Source: an uncultured archaeon (lineage in GTDB: Archaea > Asgardarchaeota > Thorarchaeia > Thorarchaeales > Thorarchaeaceae). Taken from it: a DNA stretch of 6,596 nucleotides. Made by a program: the position numbers and the translations under genes. Below are positions 6,032 to 6,596 of this stretch, in pieces (position 1 is the first letter of the stretch; the number at the start of each line of letters is the position of its first letter). The DNA lies in contig CAYHAA010000040.1 of the NCBI GenBank assembly GCA_964354495.1, forward strand, positions 1 through 6,596, in the 5' to 3' direction. Under the pieces are notes generated by a model. That model saw only the letters and a list, made by a program, of their open reading frames with translations, searched no databases and was not told the origin of the DNA.

Positions 6032-6316
6032 ATGGCCTTCTGTGTGATGGTCAAAGGACCTTGCAGAGGCAAGATGTGTGATTTCTGGGCCAGAGTCAAG
6101 ATTAGAAAGAGCACACTTGAGGAGCTGGTCATAGGGATACGGGAGAGCATAGTCAAATGTCATAGTGAGAATTCACTATCATTTGATGAGGCTACGAGAT
6201 CGTACTGGGACCGACTTGGAGTTCGCAACATACAGAGATTGCGTGAAGAAGAACCCGATCTGTATGAGAAGATGAAGCAAGCAGAAGCCATTGTGCATGA
6301 CCACTTCGTAGAGTGA
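6032..6316 (+). CDS. Hypothetical protein with an N-terminal C-x6-C-x4-C-x2-W motif
   Basis: 94-aa ORF on the same strand, 71 bp after hydA, filling the gap to the convergent gene. It has protein-like, charged helical composition. No family recognised. Confidence 0.7.
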   Translation: MAFCVMVKGPCRGKMCDFWARVKIRKSTLEELVIGIRESIVKCHSENSLSFDEATRSYWDRLGVRNIQRLREEEPDLYEKMKQAEAIVHDHFVE

Positions 6317-6317
6317 T

Positions 6318-6596
6318 TCATTCCATCTCTGCTGGTATAGGAATCATATTGCCTCTGTTGAGAATCCACTTTGGATCAAGAGCCCTCTTCACGGCTTGTA
6401 TCTCAGAGATACCTTGCTTGCCATACATGATTTCAAGGAAAGCACGTTTGAGTTTGCCAATTCCGTGTTCCGCAGCCACAGTGCCTCCGAGCTCTACAGC
6501 CCTCTTGGCAAAGAGCATATAGTTGTTCATGCCTTGCTCAACCTCTTCGTTGTTCCGAGGAATCATATTCACATGTAGATGGTTATTCCCGATATG
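6318..6596 (-). CDS. 3' end of a FAD-linked oxidase (GlcD / D-lactate dehydrogenase family, FAD-oxidase_C domain), 5'-truncated
   Basis: The frame is open to the window edge: HIGNNHLHVNMIP...GGTVAAEHGIGKLK...KRALDPKWILNRG. This matches the GHxGxGxxH, [ST/A]xEHGIG and DPxxILNxG motifs of the family. The ORF track starts at an internal GTG (6572). Confidence 0.9.
   Translation of the reverse strand, partial: HIGNNHLHVNMIPRNNEEVEQGMNNYMLFAKRAVELGGTVAAEHGIGKLKRAFLEIMYGKQGISEIQAVKRALDPKWILNRGNMIPIPAEME

Noticed and set aside
6160-6578. ORFs 6160-6369(-), 6313-6522(+), 6396-6578(+)
   Set aside because: Shadows of the 94-aa gene and the FAD-oxidase gene.

Overview
Archaeal-looking chromosomal window: GGAGGTG-type ribosome-binding sites inside the operon, apparently leaderless flanking genes, and close resemblance to Thermococcales enzymes. 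An Asgard/Thorarchaeia-type host is plausible but cannot be verified here. The core is a complete, translationally coupled four-gene group 3b [NiFe]-hydrogenase (sulfhydrogenase I-like) operon, hydB-hydG-hydD-hydA (1981-5960). To its left are a truncated unknown gene (1-249), msrA and a YdjM-like membrane metal-hydrolase (both minus strand). To its right are a 94-aa Cys-motif hypothetical and the 3' end of a GlcD/D-lactate-dehydrogenase-type FAD oxidase. Three things stand out. (i) A candidate box C/D guide sRNA in the 440-bp divergent intergenic region, whose two guide segments are complementary to neighbouring stretches of the 23S rRNA peptidyl-transferase centre (rRNA sequences recalled from memory, not searched). 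(ii) Non-canonical Fe-S ligands in the hydrogenase (CxxD in the small subunit, SLC instead of CFC in the beta subunit). (iii) Several candidate operator or RNA motifs. No mobile element, CRISPR array, tRNA or rRNA is supported.
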